A DNA stretch of 64,000 bases from a virus (taxonomy: Duplodnaviria > Caudoviricetes), in IMG/VR virus record IMGVR_UViG_3300037067_004728, positions 32,001 to 96,000 of that record, one strand, 5' to 3'. This document shows positions 11,022 through 20,668 of this stretch, one piece after another (the first letter of the stretch is position 1; each line of letters begins with the position of its first letter). The position numbers and the translations under genes are program-made. Below the pieces are notes generated by a model, which made no database searches, was not told the DNA's origin, and worked only from the letters and a program-made list of their open reading frames with translations.

Positions 11022-11828
11022 TATTCAGTTTGGCGACGGTGTGTGTTTGGACTGTGGATTATTTTGGTCGGAGGCATTATGTAAAGATGAAGATGCAAGT
11101 ATTTTAGAATGCTTACGATGTGGTAGTAAAAATTGTCGCTTTGATCCAGTTGAAGGTACTATAGAAGAATTATTTGGGCCATTTAATGATTAAAGACGAA
11201 CAAATTGAAGGCTGGATAGTAGGATACGATGAATGTCGTATTTGTGGTTATACAGGTGTGTTTGTAGCACCTGCAATTTGTGACCTTGATAATATGGAAT
11301 GTGCCAATTGTGGTAATATGACATGCGAAATGATTGGAGACGAACATGGCAGACATTGTATGTGATTTTGGTGGCCGTCCTATTGAGCCGGGTGATGTGG
11401 TTGCGTACCCTGTGAGGCGTGGATCAGAAATGTGGCTTCGATCCCTACGAGTGTCACATATTGAAGTTATCCGTTCTACTCCACCAGTTTATCGAATTGC
11501 TGGTTCAAATGATTCAGGGCGTCCAGTCAAATTAGAAAATCCTGATAGATGTGTTATTCTAACAAAGGTGGTGAAAAATGCCGGGACCAGTAAGTGATGC
11601 GTATGATCCTGTGTGGGGTACAACAGATAATGCTAATGAAGTTAGACGCGCTATAAAAAGTGTGCGTGAAATGGTGTCGCATTTGATTGGCAGCGATCCA
11701 CAATATATTTTAGATGTAATTCGTTATCAGAATAACAATGAAAATTTAAGGCATGTAACTTTAAGTGAACGCCAGTTACGTATTATTAGATTCTGTTTAA
11801 GTGTGGCTTTGAATGAGGAGGTTGTCTG

Positions 11829-12098
11829 ATGCCAACTTATGATTATACTTGTCAAGCATGTGGCGAAACTTTTACTGAAAATCAACGCTATGATGATCCT
11901 ATGCCATCCTGTCCTAAATGTAAATCAAAAGATACATTACGACATTTTCCATGCCCGGCTGTGCATGTTTTTTATTCACCTTGCCATCCAAGGCATAATC
12001 GTGGAATGGTAGATCAAAAACCACCTAAGATTCAACCTCAATTTCGCAATGGTGTAGGCCCAAAGAAGAAAAGGCGCACTAAAAATGACAAAAACTGA
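11829..12098 (+). CDS. FmdB-family zinc ribbon protein
   Basis: MPTYDYTCQACG...CPKC. Confidence 0.85.
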   Translation: MPTYDYTCQACGETFTENQRYDDPMPSCPKCKSKDTLRHFPCPAVHVFYSPCHPRHNRGMVDQKPPKIQPQFRNGVGPKKKRRTKNDKN

Positions 12099-12561
12099 AA
12101 AACGATTTATTAAAGCGAGTTTGCATGTTATAAAGTTATTGTTGATTGCAATTGCAATAGAAGTAGCCCTTCCATTTGCGGGTGGTATTTGGTATTCTAA
12201 TTGTGGGGAGAGATATGTAGAGCAAGTTTGGCTAGACCGAGCAATTTTTCATTTGAAAATTTTGCGTAGGCGATGTACCGACCCTGAATTGATTAGTGTT
12301 TTAGATTATACGATCAATCGGTATCATCATGTCGGCGGATTTGATGTAATGGTAGCTCCGTGCTTTTCTCCTGGTCGTGACTATAAAATAATAGGGCTTA
12401 ATCAACCATATTGCCCCGGAGTTACAATTGATCCAGAAGTCATGTTTTACCCAATCCATGAAGGGGCTTTAGTTTTAGTTCACGAAGCACTACATGATTA
12501 TTTTCCATATTGGGGTCATTCGCATGTTACACCCATTATGAAAAGGATTGAAGCGCTTTGA
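12085..12561 (+). CDS. membrane-anchored HExxH protein
   Basis: TM segment; LVHEALH...GH. Confidence 0.45.
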   Translation: MTKTEKRFIKASLHVIKLLLIAIAIEVALPFAGGIWYSNCGERYVEQVWLDRAIFHLKILRRRCTDPELISVLDYTINRYHHVGGFDVMVAPCFSPGRDYKIIGLNQPYCPGVTIDPEVMFYPIHEGALVLVHEALHDYFPYWGHSHVTPIMKRIEAL

Positions 12562-13040
12562 CCAGCCTTGAATTTAAGTTGACGACTCGTTTTAACACAG
12601 AAAAATTGAGTCGTAAATTGAGAAAAGATTGGTTAAGTACCTGTCATCGGTATCGTATTACGTGGCGAAAACAATTTATGGGCGTGTCTGTATTGCCACG
12701 GTACTATGCCATGCGGCTTAATCGCCGACCTGATGGTACAACTTTTTGGGACTTTGCATTGGATAGCGAACGTCGTCCATATAAGACATTTAAAAGGGCG
12801 TATCAAGCATGTTGTAAGGCAGCGGGTATTCAACTCGAAGAAGAGTTACCTAAACGCCGAAAAAAGAAGGAAAAGAAATATACCATTACTATTTCTAAAT
12901 CACAGCTTTTGTCGCACTCGCACGAGGATAACGGATGCGATATTTCAGCCGGTGTGCCAACTTTGGCACAAGATTTGCCCATTAAACGTAAACGTGGACG
13001 ACCAAAGGGTAGTAAAAATAAGCCGAAAGATATAAAATGA
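12558..13040 (+). CDS. basic protein with C-terminal AT-hook
   Basis: KRKRGRPKGSKNKP. Confidence 0.55.
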   Translation: MTSLEFKLTTRFNTEKLSRKLRKDWLSTCHRYRITWRKQFMGVSVLPRYYAMRLNRRPDGTTFWDFALDSERRPYKTFKRAYQACCKAAGIQLEEELPKRRKKKEKKYTITISKSQLLSHSHEDNGCDISAGVPTLAQDLPIKRKRGRPKGSKNKPKDIK

Positions 13041-13164
13041 GCGATAATATTGTGCTTATACTTGGATTCCTAGTGATTATAGTTGCAGGATTTTTGTGCG
13101 GCTATTTGATGTTTTCTATGCTTAAAATACTTTATGAATTGGCACTTATGCAGGTAGTTATTCC

Positions 13165-13821
13165 ATGAATTATACAAAAGAACAGATAGCCGCTGCGCTT
13201 GATTATGCTGTCTTAAAACCAACGGCAACTTTGGATGATGTTCAGCGGGCGTGTTTTTTAGCTCAGAGAGAACACTTCGCCTCAGTCTGTGTTCGGCCTT
13301 GCGATGTTCAATTTGCCGCCCAATTCTGTGATGTTCCAATTTCAACGGTTGTTGGTTTTCCACATGGAACTAATGCACCAGAAATCAAACGATTAGAGGC
13401 GCAACAAGCAATACGCGACGGTGCCGAAGAACTTGATATTGTTATGAATTACTCTCGTCTTTTAGGAAAAGACTATGCGTATGTTTATAATGAATTACTT
13501 TACATAACAGAACGACTGCCGTTGAAACCAATTATAAAGGTAATTTTGGAAACGTGTTATTTAACACCGGAGCAAATTACCTCGGCATGTTTATACATTC
13601 AAAAAGTACCTCGCGCGTCGTTTGTTAAAACTTCAACAGGTTTTGGTTCAGGTGGGGCAACTTGTATGGCCGTTGAAATTATGGCTGAGGCAATAAAAAC
13701 TTCAACACTACAAATAAAAGCAAGTGGTGGTATCAATACCTATCAAGATGTTTGCACCTTTTTAGACTTGGGGTGTACTCGTTTAGGTTCGTCGAAATGG
13801 AGCGAATTGTTACCATGCTAA
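13165..13821 (+). CDS. deoC: deoxyribose-phosphate aldolase
   Basis: VVGFPHG, GAEELDIV, KVILET, FVKTSTGF, IKASGGI, RLGSS. Confidence 0.95.
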   Translation: MNYTKEQIAAALDYAVLKPTATLDDVQRACFLAQREHFASVCVRPCDVQFAAQFCDVPISTVVGFPHGTNAPEIKRLEAQQAIRDGAEELDIVMNYSRLLGKDYAYVYNELLYITERLPLKPIIKVILETCYLTPEQITSACLYIQKVPRASFVKTSTGFGSGGATCMAVEIMAEAIKTSTLQIKASGGINTYQDVCTFLDLGCTRLGSSKWSELLPC

Positions 13822-14642
13822 ATGTACCACCCATTTATATCAATCTTGCAGACCAACTTCGATTAAAACAATGTCGATATGGTCCAATGCTATTTCTTGC
13901 CAATGATAGATATATTGGCGGGGCTTTAGATAAATATGGAGAGTTTTCAGAAGGGGAAGTCCACTTGTTTAGGCAGCTTGTGCAACCAAACTGGACAGTT
14001 ATGGATGTAGGAGCCAATCACGGAACTCATACAGTAGCCTTAGCTCAAATAGTTGGAGCTTTTGGTAGAGTTTATGCGTTTGAACCGCAACGGGTTCTAT
14101 TTCAACTGGTATGTGCTAATCTTGCTTTGAATTCACTCGGAAATGTATATGCTTATTGTGGTGGTGTAGGCCGTGAATTAGGCTTTCTTAATGTTCCGCA
14201 AGTTGATTATACACGCCCAAATAATTTTGGAGCCTTGGAAATGGGAGGCATTGGTGGAGATTCTGTGCCATTAGTTACTATTGATTCCTTAACCTTACCA
14301 CAATTGCATTTTGCGAAAATTGACGCCGAAGGTATGGAAGGTGATGTGATAATAGGTGCGACAGAAACAATTGCTAGGTATCGACCATTATTGTACATGG
14401 AAAATGATCGTGAAGATAAGTCCCCCGCACTTATCCAACAAATGTGGGACTTAGACTACGAATTATATTACCATATTCCATTCTACTATAATCGGTACAA
14501 TTTTTACGGAGTCGCCGAGAATATTTATGGAGGAACAATATCGGTTAATATGCTTTGTGTACCGAACGACAAGCCAATAACAGTGCCTAATGAATGCCAT
14601 CCAATAAAAAATGTAACTGACACTTGGAGAATTTGTGTATGA
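13815..14642 (+). CDS. FkbM-family SAM methyltransferase
   Basis: DVGANHG, AFEPQ, KIDAEGME. Confidence 0.9.
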   Translation: MLNVPPIYINLADQLRLKQCRYGPMLFLANDRYIGGALDKYGEFSEGEVHLFRQLVQPNWTVMDVGANHGTHTVALAQIVGAFGRVYAFEPQRVLFQLVCANLALNSLGNVYAYCGGVGRELGFLNVPQVDYTRPNNFGALEMGGIGGDSVPLVTIDSLTLPQLHFAKIDAEGMEGDVIIGATETIARYRPLLYMENDREDKSPALIQQMWDLDYELYYHIPFYYNRYNFYGVAENIYGGTISVNMLCVPNDKPITVPNECHPIKNVTDTWRICV

Positions 14643-15205
14643 ACAGATTGTTTTATAATCGTGTTTATTTAGCTGGACCAATTGACTTAGCGCCTGATTT
14701 TGGAGTTGGGTGGCGTATAAGAATTCAAGAGGACTTGAAAGATTTGAATTTAATTTTTCTTGATCCTTGTCATAAACCAATGTTTCCTGGATATGAGTGT
14801 CCAGATTTGGAAGATCATGTAGCTCGACAGCGTTTGAAAGAACGGGGTGACTGGGAAACTTTATCGAAACAAATGCGTGAGATACGTTGCATCGACCTTC
14901 GATTATGTGATATTTGTGATTTTTCCATCGTGCATCTTGATATGAATGCCTACTCAACTGGTACAATGGAAGAATGGACAACTCTCAACCGACGTAAGGC
15001 ACCAATTCTTTTGCACATGGAACAAGGTTTACGAGCCGTTCCCGATTGGTTACGCGGCGTCCTTCCACCAGAAATGATGTTTGAACGCTGGTGTGATTTA
15101 ACGGCGTATGTCAGACATATTGCTTATGATAGAGAAATTGATACATTAGGTCGATGGCGATTTTTTGATTGGTCACGACTCTATAAGATTCCTCAAGCAC
15201 AATGA
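14639..15205 (+). CDS. nucleoside 2-deoxyribosyltransferase-like / nucleotide N-glycosidase
   Basis: VYLAGPI..WR, DL..CDICD, STGTMEE. Confidence 0.75.
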   Translation: MNRLFYNRVYLAGPIDLAPDFGVGWRIRIQEDLKDLNLIFLDPCHKPMFPGYECPDLEDHVARQRLKERGDWETLSKQMREIRCIDLRLCDICDFSIVHLDMNAYSTGTMEEWTTLNRRKAPILLHMEQGLRAVPDWLRGVLPPEMMFERWCDLTAYVRHIAYDREIDTLGRWRFFDWSRLYKIPQAQ

Positions 15206-15570
15206 ATGAACCACATTATATTTGCGGCTCCTCCCTTAGCGGTCTTATCGTTAATAAAATACTGGGCGATAATCAAGTTAGTTTAACTTGTCATCGAAGT
15301 ATAGCAGTTTCTACCCAACGTGGGGATTTAACGTCGCCTATTACTACTTCTGAGTGGTGGTTGTATTGGCAGCATGGCACCCTTCTTATTGGGGATATGC
15401 CAGAGTATGAAGCTCGTGAAGCCGCTGCGTTATTTGTATACCTCTATGGGCAGGGTATTCCTTATCCAATAGCCAGTGTAATCGCTATAGATGCGATAAA
15501 CTGGCGTCTAAAATGCAAAAATCGTTGAGTATCTGCTTGACAACGATAAAATTCATGCTAAAGTTGTAGT

Positions 15571-16107
15571 ATGAAGATACTCAAACGTCGTTTATCCAGT
15601 GGTTTCGTCAAGTATCCGAAAGATTTTGATAGGCGTATTATTGATGGAACCGCCCGGTTTCGTACAAAATGCGATATGCTTGTCGGACCTTGTGCTTGTG
15701 GAGGCGTTCATCAAGAACATGACGATTGGGTCCAACAGCTATTAGGGGATAATGACGCTGTTATTGAGCCATTGATGCTGGCCCCAGAAGAATCTGGAAT
15801 CATACTCATCCCACGGTATTGGTTGAGGCCACGCGGCCACGAGCGTTGTACGGTATTGTCAGGACGATGTGCTTGTGGACGTAATCATACTGCCAACGAG
15901 CGCTGGGTTGTTGACTTGCTTGCGAGTCATGGGGCTAAACTTATTGGATGTAAAGAAGTAGATTTGCCGCCTGTAGGTGACGTGGCTAATGAAATAAACG
16001 AGTACGATGATGCTGGTGGAGCGACTATTGGATGCCCGTGCGAAAATTGTCAGCATCGTAGACAAAATGCTCGATTCGGGCGACGATTAAATCGGAGTCA
16101 GATTTAA
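15571..16107 (+). CDS. Cys/His-rich protein with internal duplication
   Basis: CDMLVGPCACGGVH...WV..LL and CTVLSGRCACGRNH...WV..LL; leaderless start 6 nt after the -10 box. Confidence 0.6.
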   Translation: MKILKRRLSSGFVKYPKDFDRRIIDGTARFRTKCDMLVGPCACGGVHQEHDDWVQQLLGDNDAVIEPLMLAPEESGIILIPRYWLRPRGHERCTVLSGRCACGRNHTANERWVVDLLASHGAKLIGCKEVDLPPVGDVANEINEYDDAGGATIGCPCENCQHRRQNARFGRRLNRSQI

Positions 16108-16395
16108 TGCGATTGCAAGAATTTATGGTTGAATATCCGCAAGATGTAAAGCGGATGAAAACACAAATTATTAGTATGACAAAAATTTTCAGCGTTCTTG
16201 AAATGAAGGACGGTGAGGTTTTTGTAGAAACTGAGGATACGGATGAAGAAGGGGTTACTACTATTGAAGTATTACGTAGTAGGGATAGAACCCACTTCAC
16301 GATAGTATGGCGTGAGCGTAAGGGGGTTGAGCATAATGAAATGCGATCATACCCCCGTGATAATCAATTCCCTCTTTTTAGTGTTGTAAGACTTA

Positions 16396-17700
16396 ATGCC
16401 AGTATTTAGTAGAACATATCGTCGCCCGGCAAACCATGATCCACGACCAGTTTTTATGCGCCCGGATGCAGAAATCCGTCGTGAAGATGTGGTCTTTGAA
16501 ACCGTAGATCGACATTTTGATATTAGTTGGGATCAGCCAACCGATGAAGTAGCCCTTATTTTTGATCGTGACCACCCGGAAAACAGACCAATTATGTGCC
16601 GGGCTAGTGCAGGAGATTTTGCGGCGATTGAGCGAGAAATTTATCGGCTGATGGATGAAGAACGTGCCAATGAGGACCGCCAACGCCATCATTCTTGGTT
16701 CCACGGCGTTGATGTGGGCCGTGATCCCCAGTTGATCGAACATACATTTTATGGCCCAGACTCTCATGCCGATCAATTTCATAGAGAGTACATGGCAGAA
16801 CCGCTTGAAGAAGTCCCTGCGGTTACTCCTGGTTTGATTGAAGAACAGGAACGTCGAGCTAGGGACGATTACCGACGATTCATGGACAATTATATTGCCA
16901 ATCGCCTTAATATACCATCGCCAACACAACCTGCCCCTAATGCTCAAAATCTAACGCCTGGGGCCGAAGTATTTTCGCATTGGGTGTCGGACGAATCCTC
17001 TAGTGTTAGCGGGTCGTTGGTACAGCAATTAGCTCGAATGGACCGTGATAGAGAGACTCAGAGGCAGCGAACACGTCGGAACCGTAATTATTTGACATGG
17101 ATGCCATATAGTAGCTATCGTAAGTGTGCAGCTTGTTTTGAAGATTCTGATCTAAAGCACATGCGAGTTAATATACTGCGAACATTACGATACCTTGAAC
17201 GTAATTCTCGGCCAACACGGCACAAGGCGGTTGAACTGTGGCGCGGTTTTGAACAGTCACTAATTAGATATGGGATTGCAATTGCCTTAGAATGTCGTCA
17301 AAGAGGTTTTAGTGACACGTCATTAGTTACCTTACGATCAAAGTACCGGCACGGCTATAGTCAAAAGCCGGATTGGGTTTATTGGACCGACTTACAAGAA
17401 TCACATCGGGCCTATTTACTGTTACGTAATGAACGCCGATTTGCTGTTAAATTGTTAGGTCACTATGCTCGTCGAACAGTAACAGAATGGTGTAGTCATC
17501 GAGATTTCTGTCACAATATTGGAATCCGTGCCAAGCGTGAGTGGACGGTAGATGATATAAACACTATTCGTCATGTTATGGGGGATGTTAGTGGCGGAAA
17601 TATAAATCTTGTAAATGATAATTTTTATCGTCAGTATGGATGGACTCAAGAACCAACTGAGTCTTTCCGCTATCCACAGGATAATTTATGCTCAGCATAG
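16396..17700 (+). CDS. hypothetical protein with C-terminal MSMEG_6728/pyrimidine-dimer glycosylase-like domain
   Basis: TWMPYSSY, HKAVELWRGFEQSLIRYG, RGFSD, PDW, SHR motifs. Confidence 0.6.
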   Translation: MPVFSRTYRRPANHDPRPVFMRPDAEIRREDVVFETVDRHFDISWDQPTDEVALIFDRDHPENRPIMCRASAGDFAAIEREIYRLMDEERANEDRQRHHSWFHGVDVGRDPQLIEHTFYGPDSHADQFHREYMAEPLEEVPAVTPGLIEEQERRARDDYRRFMDNYIANRLNIPSPTQPAPNAQNLTPGAEVFSHWVSDESSSVSGSLVQQLARMDRDRETQRQRTRRNRNYLTWMPYSSYRKCAACFEDSDLKHMRVNILRTLRYLERNSRPTRHKAVELWRGFEQSLIRYGIAIALECRQRGFSDTSLVTLRSKYRHGYSQKPDWVYWTDLQESHRAYLLLRNERRFAVKLLGHYARRTVTEWCSHRDFCHNIGIRAKREWTVDDINTIRHVMGDVSGGNINLVNDNFYRQYGWTQEPTESFRYPQDNLCSA

Positions 17701-18096
17701 GAATGTTAGTCGAGTTTATTAAAGACCTTCGCGGGATAGTCCCTGAACCTGCGAGAAGTGAAATTGCTCATCGGCTGGGGGATTTAATTTCAAATGTTTT
17801 AAGAAACGCCGATAATGATAATTACCGTCGGTGGGTGTCCGAAGATAGACTGCGATTTCTGCGGCATTGTGAGCTAGTCAATCTTGATCGTTGGGTGCCG
17901 GATGATTTATATATTGAACCTACGGTATTGGCTGAATTTTGCAATCGGTGGATGAGTTGCAATCTCTTCAAAATTCGTAATGACCCCTCAGCAGAGTGGA
18001 AGCCAATTACTCCCGAAATGAATGGATTACGTGTAACAATGATCGAGGAACTACGTTCACTTGACAAGGCGGGAAAATAGTGTATAGTTATGGTAT

Positions 18097-18450
18097 ATGA
18101 CTTTACCCGATTTAGTAACGCAGAAGTTAAGCGGGCTGTCCGCCCCAGCCGCTTACGATCTCTTAGCAGCCCTGGGACATGCCAATGTGTTCATTTATTT
18201 ACAGGGGCAGCTAGTGGTGGTGAAGGATTGGGTCAAGGACGACGAAGTGGCATGGTTGCCAGCGAACAACACACCAGAGACCACCTTCTGGGGAGGTCCA
18301 CCAACCAAATTGGGGTACTACCAAGGGAACCTTTACATATTGTTACTGGACAGGATTTACGATTACTTATTAACACACACTTTGGGCGAACTCTATCAGA
18401 CGATGGGGATAACGCCGAAGCAAAGGACATTTCAATGGTTGTCCGCGTAA
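18097..18450 (+). CDS. GGPP-family paralog 1 (unknown function)
   Basis: LSGLSAPAAYDLL ... FWGGPPTKLGYYQGNLYILLLD; promoter at 18061-18088. Confidence 0.75.
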   Translation: MTLPDLVTQKLSGLSAPAAYDLLAALGHANVFIYLQGQLVVVKDWVKDDEVAWLPANNTPETTFWGGPPTKLGYYQGNLYILLLDRIYDYLLTHTLGELYQTMGITPKQRTFQWLSA

Positions 18451-18791
18451 CAAATAAAAATCCGACACTATACACCGCCCTACGTGAGAAGCTAAGCAAA
18501 TTATCGGCAGCCCGCGCGGTTAATTACCTAAATTATAGTTTTGATGCGGGCTTTGAAGAAATAGAAATCAACGGAGTTAAATCAACGCCAGTAGCATTGA
18601 TGAGTGATTTGCCCGGATTGCAAACTGTATTGGCCTGTGAAGTTGCCCCTCTTTCATTTTGGGGTGGTCCCCCTGGGAAGCGAACTTGGTATGATGGCAG
18701 CCTTTTAACACTTCTAGCCGATCATATCATGCGAGCCGCCGATGCAGGCAATTTAGCATTGCTAGGGCGGTTTCTGAATCTAACAATATGA
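18435..18791 (+). CDS. GGPP-family paralog 2
   Basis: ATG 18435 with AAGGA; LSKLSAARAVNYL ... FWGGPPGKRTWYDGSLLTLLAD. Confidence 0.75.
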   Translation: MVVRVTNKNPTLYTALREKLSKLSAARAVNYLNYSFDAGFEEIEINGVKSTPVALMSDLPGLQTVLACEVAPLSFWGGPPGKRTWYDGSLLTLLADHIMRAADAGNLALLGRFLNLTI

Positions 18792-19147
18792 AAAAGAATC
18801 ATTTGAAACAGGCCGAAGCATTAGTCGGCCATTTTAAGCCGATTGACTTGGACTGTGCTTATACATTGGCGTATGCCCTGGGGCATCAAGATACAGATGT
18901 ACTCTTAATGACACCCAATGTGCGAACAACAGTGCGCCAGATTTATGCAGGAACGGCCCCTGGCTGTCCTGCGGATCGGATTCATATTCAATTTTATGGT
19001 GGTCCTGTGGGTCATGGGGCTTGGTATACTGGTACTATCTACAGTTTTATTTTAGATATTGTTGCCGCAAAGATTCAAATGGAAGGCTTTGAAAGGGTAC
19101 GACAATTATTGAGACTAAGACGCCAATCTGGATGTCCGCCATTCTAG
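18788..19147 (+). CDS. GGPP-family paralog 3
   Basis: FYGGPVGHGAWYTGTIYSFILD. Confidence 0.75.
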   Translation: MKKNHLKQAEALVGHFKPIDLDCAYTLAYALGHQDTDVLLMTPNVRTTVRQIYAGTAPGCPADRIHIQFYGGPVGHGAWYTGTIYSFILDIVAAKIQMEGFERVRQLLRLRRQSGCPPF

Positions 19148-19494
19148 CAACTTTGTATTCATCGTTAGGTAATTTAACGGTGATTCAATTTGTACAGAAT
19201 ATGCGTGAATTGAATTCTATGGATGATACATTGACTATTCCTGCTTTCAAAGGTAATGGTCGCTGTTCAGTTTGGGAATTAGGTACTGTTTCATTTGGAT
19301 TGGCAAAAGCCCGAACTATTCCATGTCGTTTTTATGGTGGACCGCCACATAATAGAGCAATGTATACTGGAACACTATTAACTATGTTTATTGATAGATT
19401 GCTTACAACTGCTTTAGAACGTAATTTCAATGTAATCGACAAATTCGTCCCCGCTGAAATCCCTGATGGCCCAGCAATGGGTTGGATTGGTTGA
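19132..19494 (+). CDS. GGPP-family paralog 4
   Basis: FYGGPPHNRAMYTGTLLTMFID. Confidence 0.75.
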   Translation: MSAILATLYSSLGNLTVIQFVQNMRELNSMDDTLTIPAFKGNGRCSVWELGTVSFGLAKARTIPCRFYGGPPHNRAMYTGTLLTMFIDRLLTTALERNFNVIDKFVPAEIPDGPAMGWIG

Positions 19495-19524
19495 CAATCT
19501 TCTTTTGTGTGCTATTATTAAGGT

Positions 19525-19872
19525 ATGGCGATTGACAGCAATCTTTTAAATGAACTTTCGGAAATAAGTGCAGAAGATGCCATCGAATTACTTTGCACTG
19601 AATTTGGTTTGGGTCGCTCTTGGATAACCTTTGTCAATACTCATAATAGAGCGGAAGTCAAATCATTTTTAGGCGCGATTTATTTACGTGGTATAGCGGC
19701 GGCGGATGTTGGACCAATTGAATTTTGGGGTGGGCCTCCGACTCGAAAAGGGTATCAAAAAGGTACGCTATTAACTTATCTTTGTGACGCGATTCTTTTA
19801 CACTGGGCAATCGAAGGTAATTACGCGGATATGGTTCAAGGAACACATGAAGATCAACTTTACGTTACTTAA
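19525..19872 (+). CDS. GGPP-family paralog 5
   Basis: LSEISAEDAIELL ... FWGGPPTRKGYQKGTLLTYLCD; leaderless from promoter 19491-19518. Confidence 0.75.
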   Translation: MAIDSNLLNELSEISAEDAIELLCTEFGLGRSWITFVNTHNRAEVKSFLGAIYLRGIAAADVGPIEFWGGPPTRKGYQKGTLLTYLCDAILLHWAIEGNYADMVQGTHEDQLYVT

Positions 19873-20176
19873 AAACCGTTTTGGTGACATATCCGCATTA
19901 GATGCTCTTGAACTGCTTTGTTGGACCTTTGGAGCAGATAAGGCATATATAACCGTTGATGGTATGCGTATGCCATTAGTCGATTTATATGATGATACTG
20001 GAATGTTTACTTGGAAAGCATCGGATGTTGACCTTCAATTTTATGGAGGACCGCCACCTGCAAAATGGTGGGATGGTACACTTTTAACTATGCTTCTGGA
20101 TCATTTTCTCTATGCTTATTCTAAAAATGATTTGGTCAAGGTACATAAAGCCTTGAAAGTACATGCGACCGTTTGA
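19847..20176 (+). CDS. GGPP-family paralog 6
   Basis: ATG 19847 with AAGGA; FGDISALDALELL ... FYGGPPPAKWWDGTLLTMLLD. Confidence 0.75.
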   Translation: MKINFTLLKNRFGDISALDALELLCWTFGADKAYITVDGMRMPLVDLYDDTGMFTWKASDVDLQFYGGPPPAKWWDGTLLTMLLDHFLYAYSKNDLVKVHKALKVHATV

Positions 20177-20504
20177 AGATTATCAACGTGAATTTGCAGA
20201 TTTGTCAGCCGGTGACGCCATTACAATTCTGTCAGAAATGGGTGTGGAAAAAGATCGGATTATTATACAAAGCCCGTCGGGCAACGTAATGACAACGCCA
20301 ATGAAATTATGTTTCAAACTGCCTTATAATTACCCTGCCAGAGAGGTAGGACCAATTCAATTTTGTGGCGGTCCACCTGGACAATATAACTGGATCGAAG
20401 GCTCATTAACTACAATGGTTATGGATCATGTTATGCACCATGATGCAACCGAAGAACAAAAATCTCGTCTTTATGGCACAAAAATTGCAGGGTTAGGCTG
20501 CTAA
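20163..20504 (+). CDS. GGPP-family paralog 7
   Basis: FADLSAGDAITIL ... FCGGPPGQYNWIEGSLTTMVMD. Confidence 0.75.
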   Translation: MRPFEDYQREFADLSAGDAITILSEMGVEKDRIIIQSPSGNVMTTPMKLCFKLPYNYPAREVGPIQFCGGPPGQYNWIEGSLTTMVMDHVMHHDATEEQKSRLYGTKIAGLGC

Positions 20505-20668
20505 ATGGGACACACATTTCGTCGAAACAGTGATTACGGGTATAAGCACGATTACCGTGAACGCAATGAGCGTAAGTTGAAGAAATACAACAAACGGTTG
20601 CGAAAAGTCACCAATCAAAAACGTATTACCTTCACTCCACCCCCACAAGAGGGACAGGAGTTAGTGTA

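Noticed and set aside
18090-18434. N-terminal half of track ORF 18090..18791
   Set aside because: It overlaps the real paralog at 18097..18450 in another frame. The homologous part starts at ATG 18435 with an RBS.
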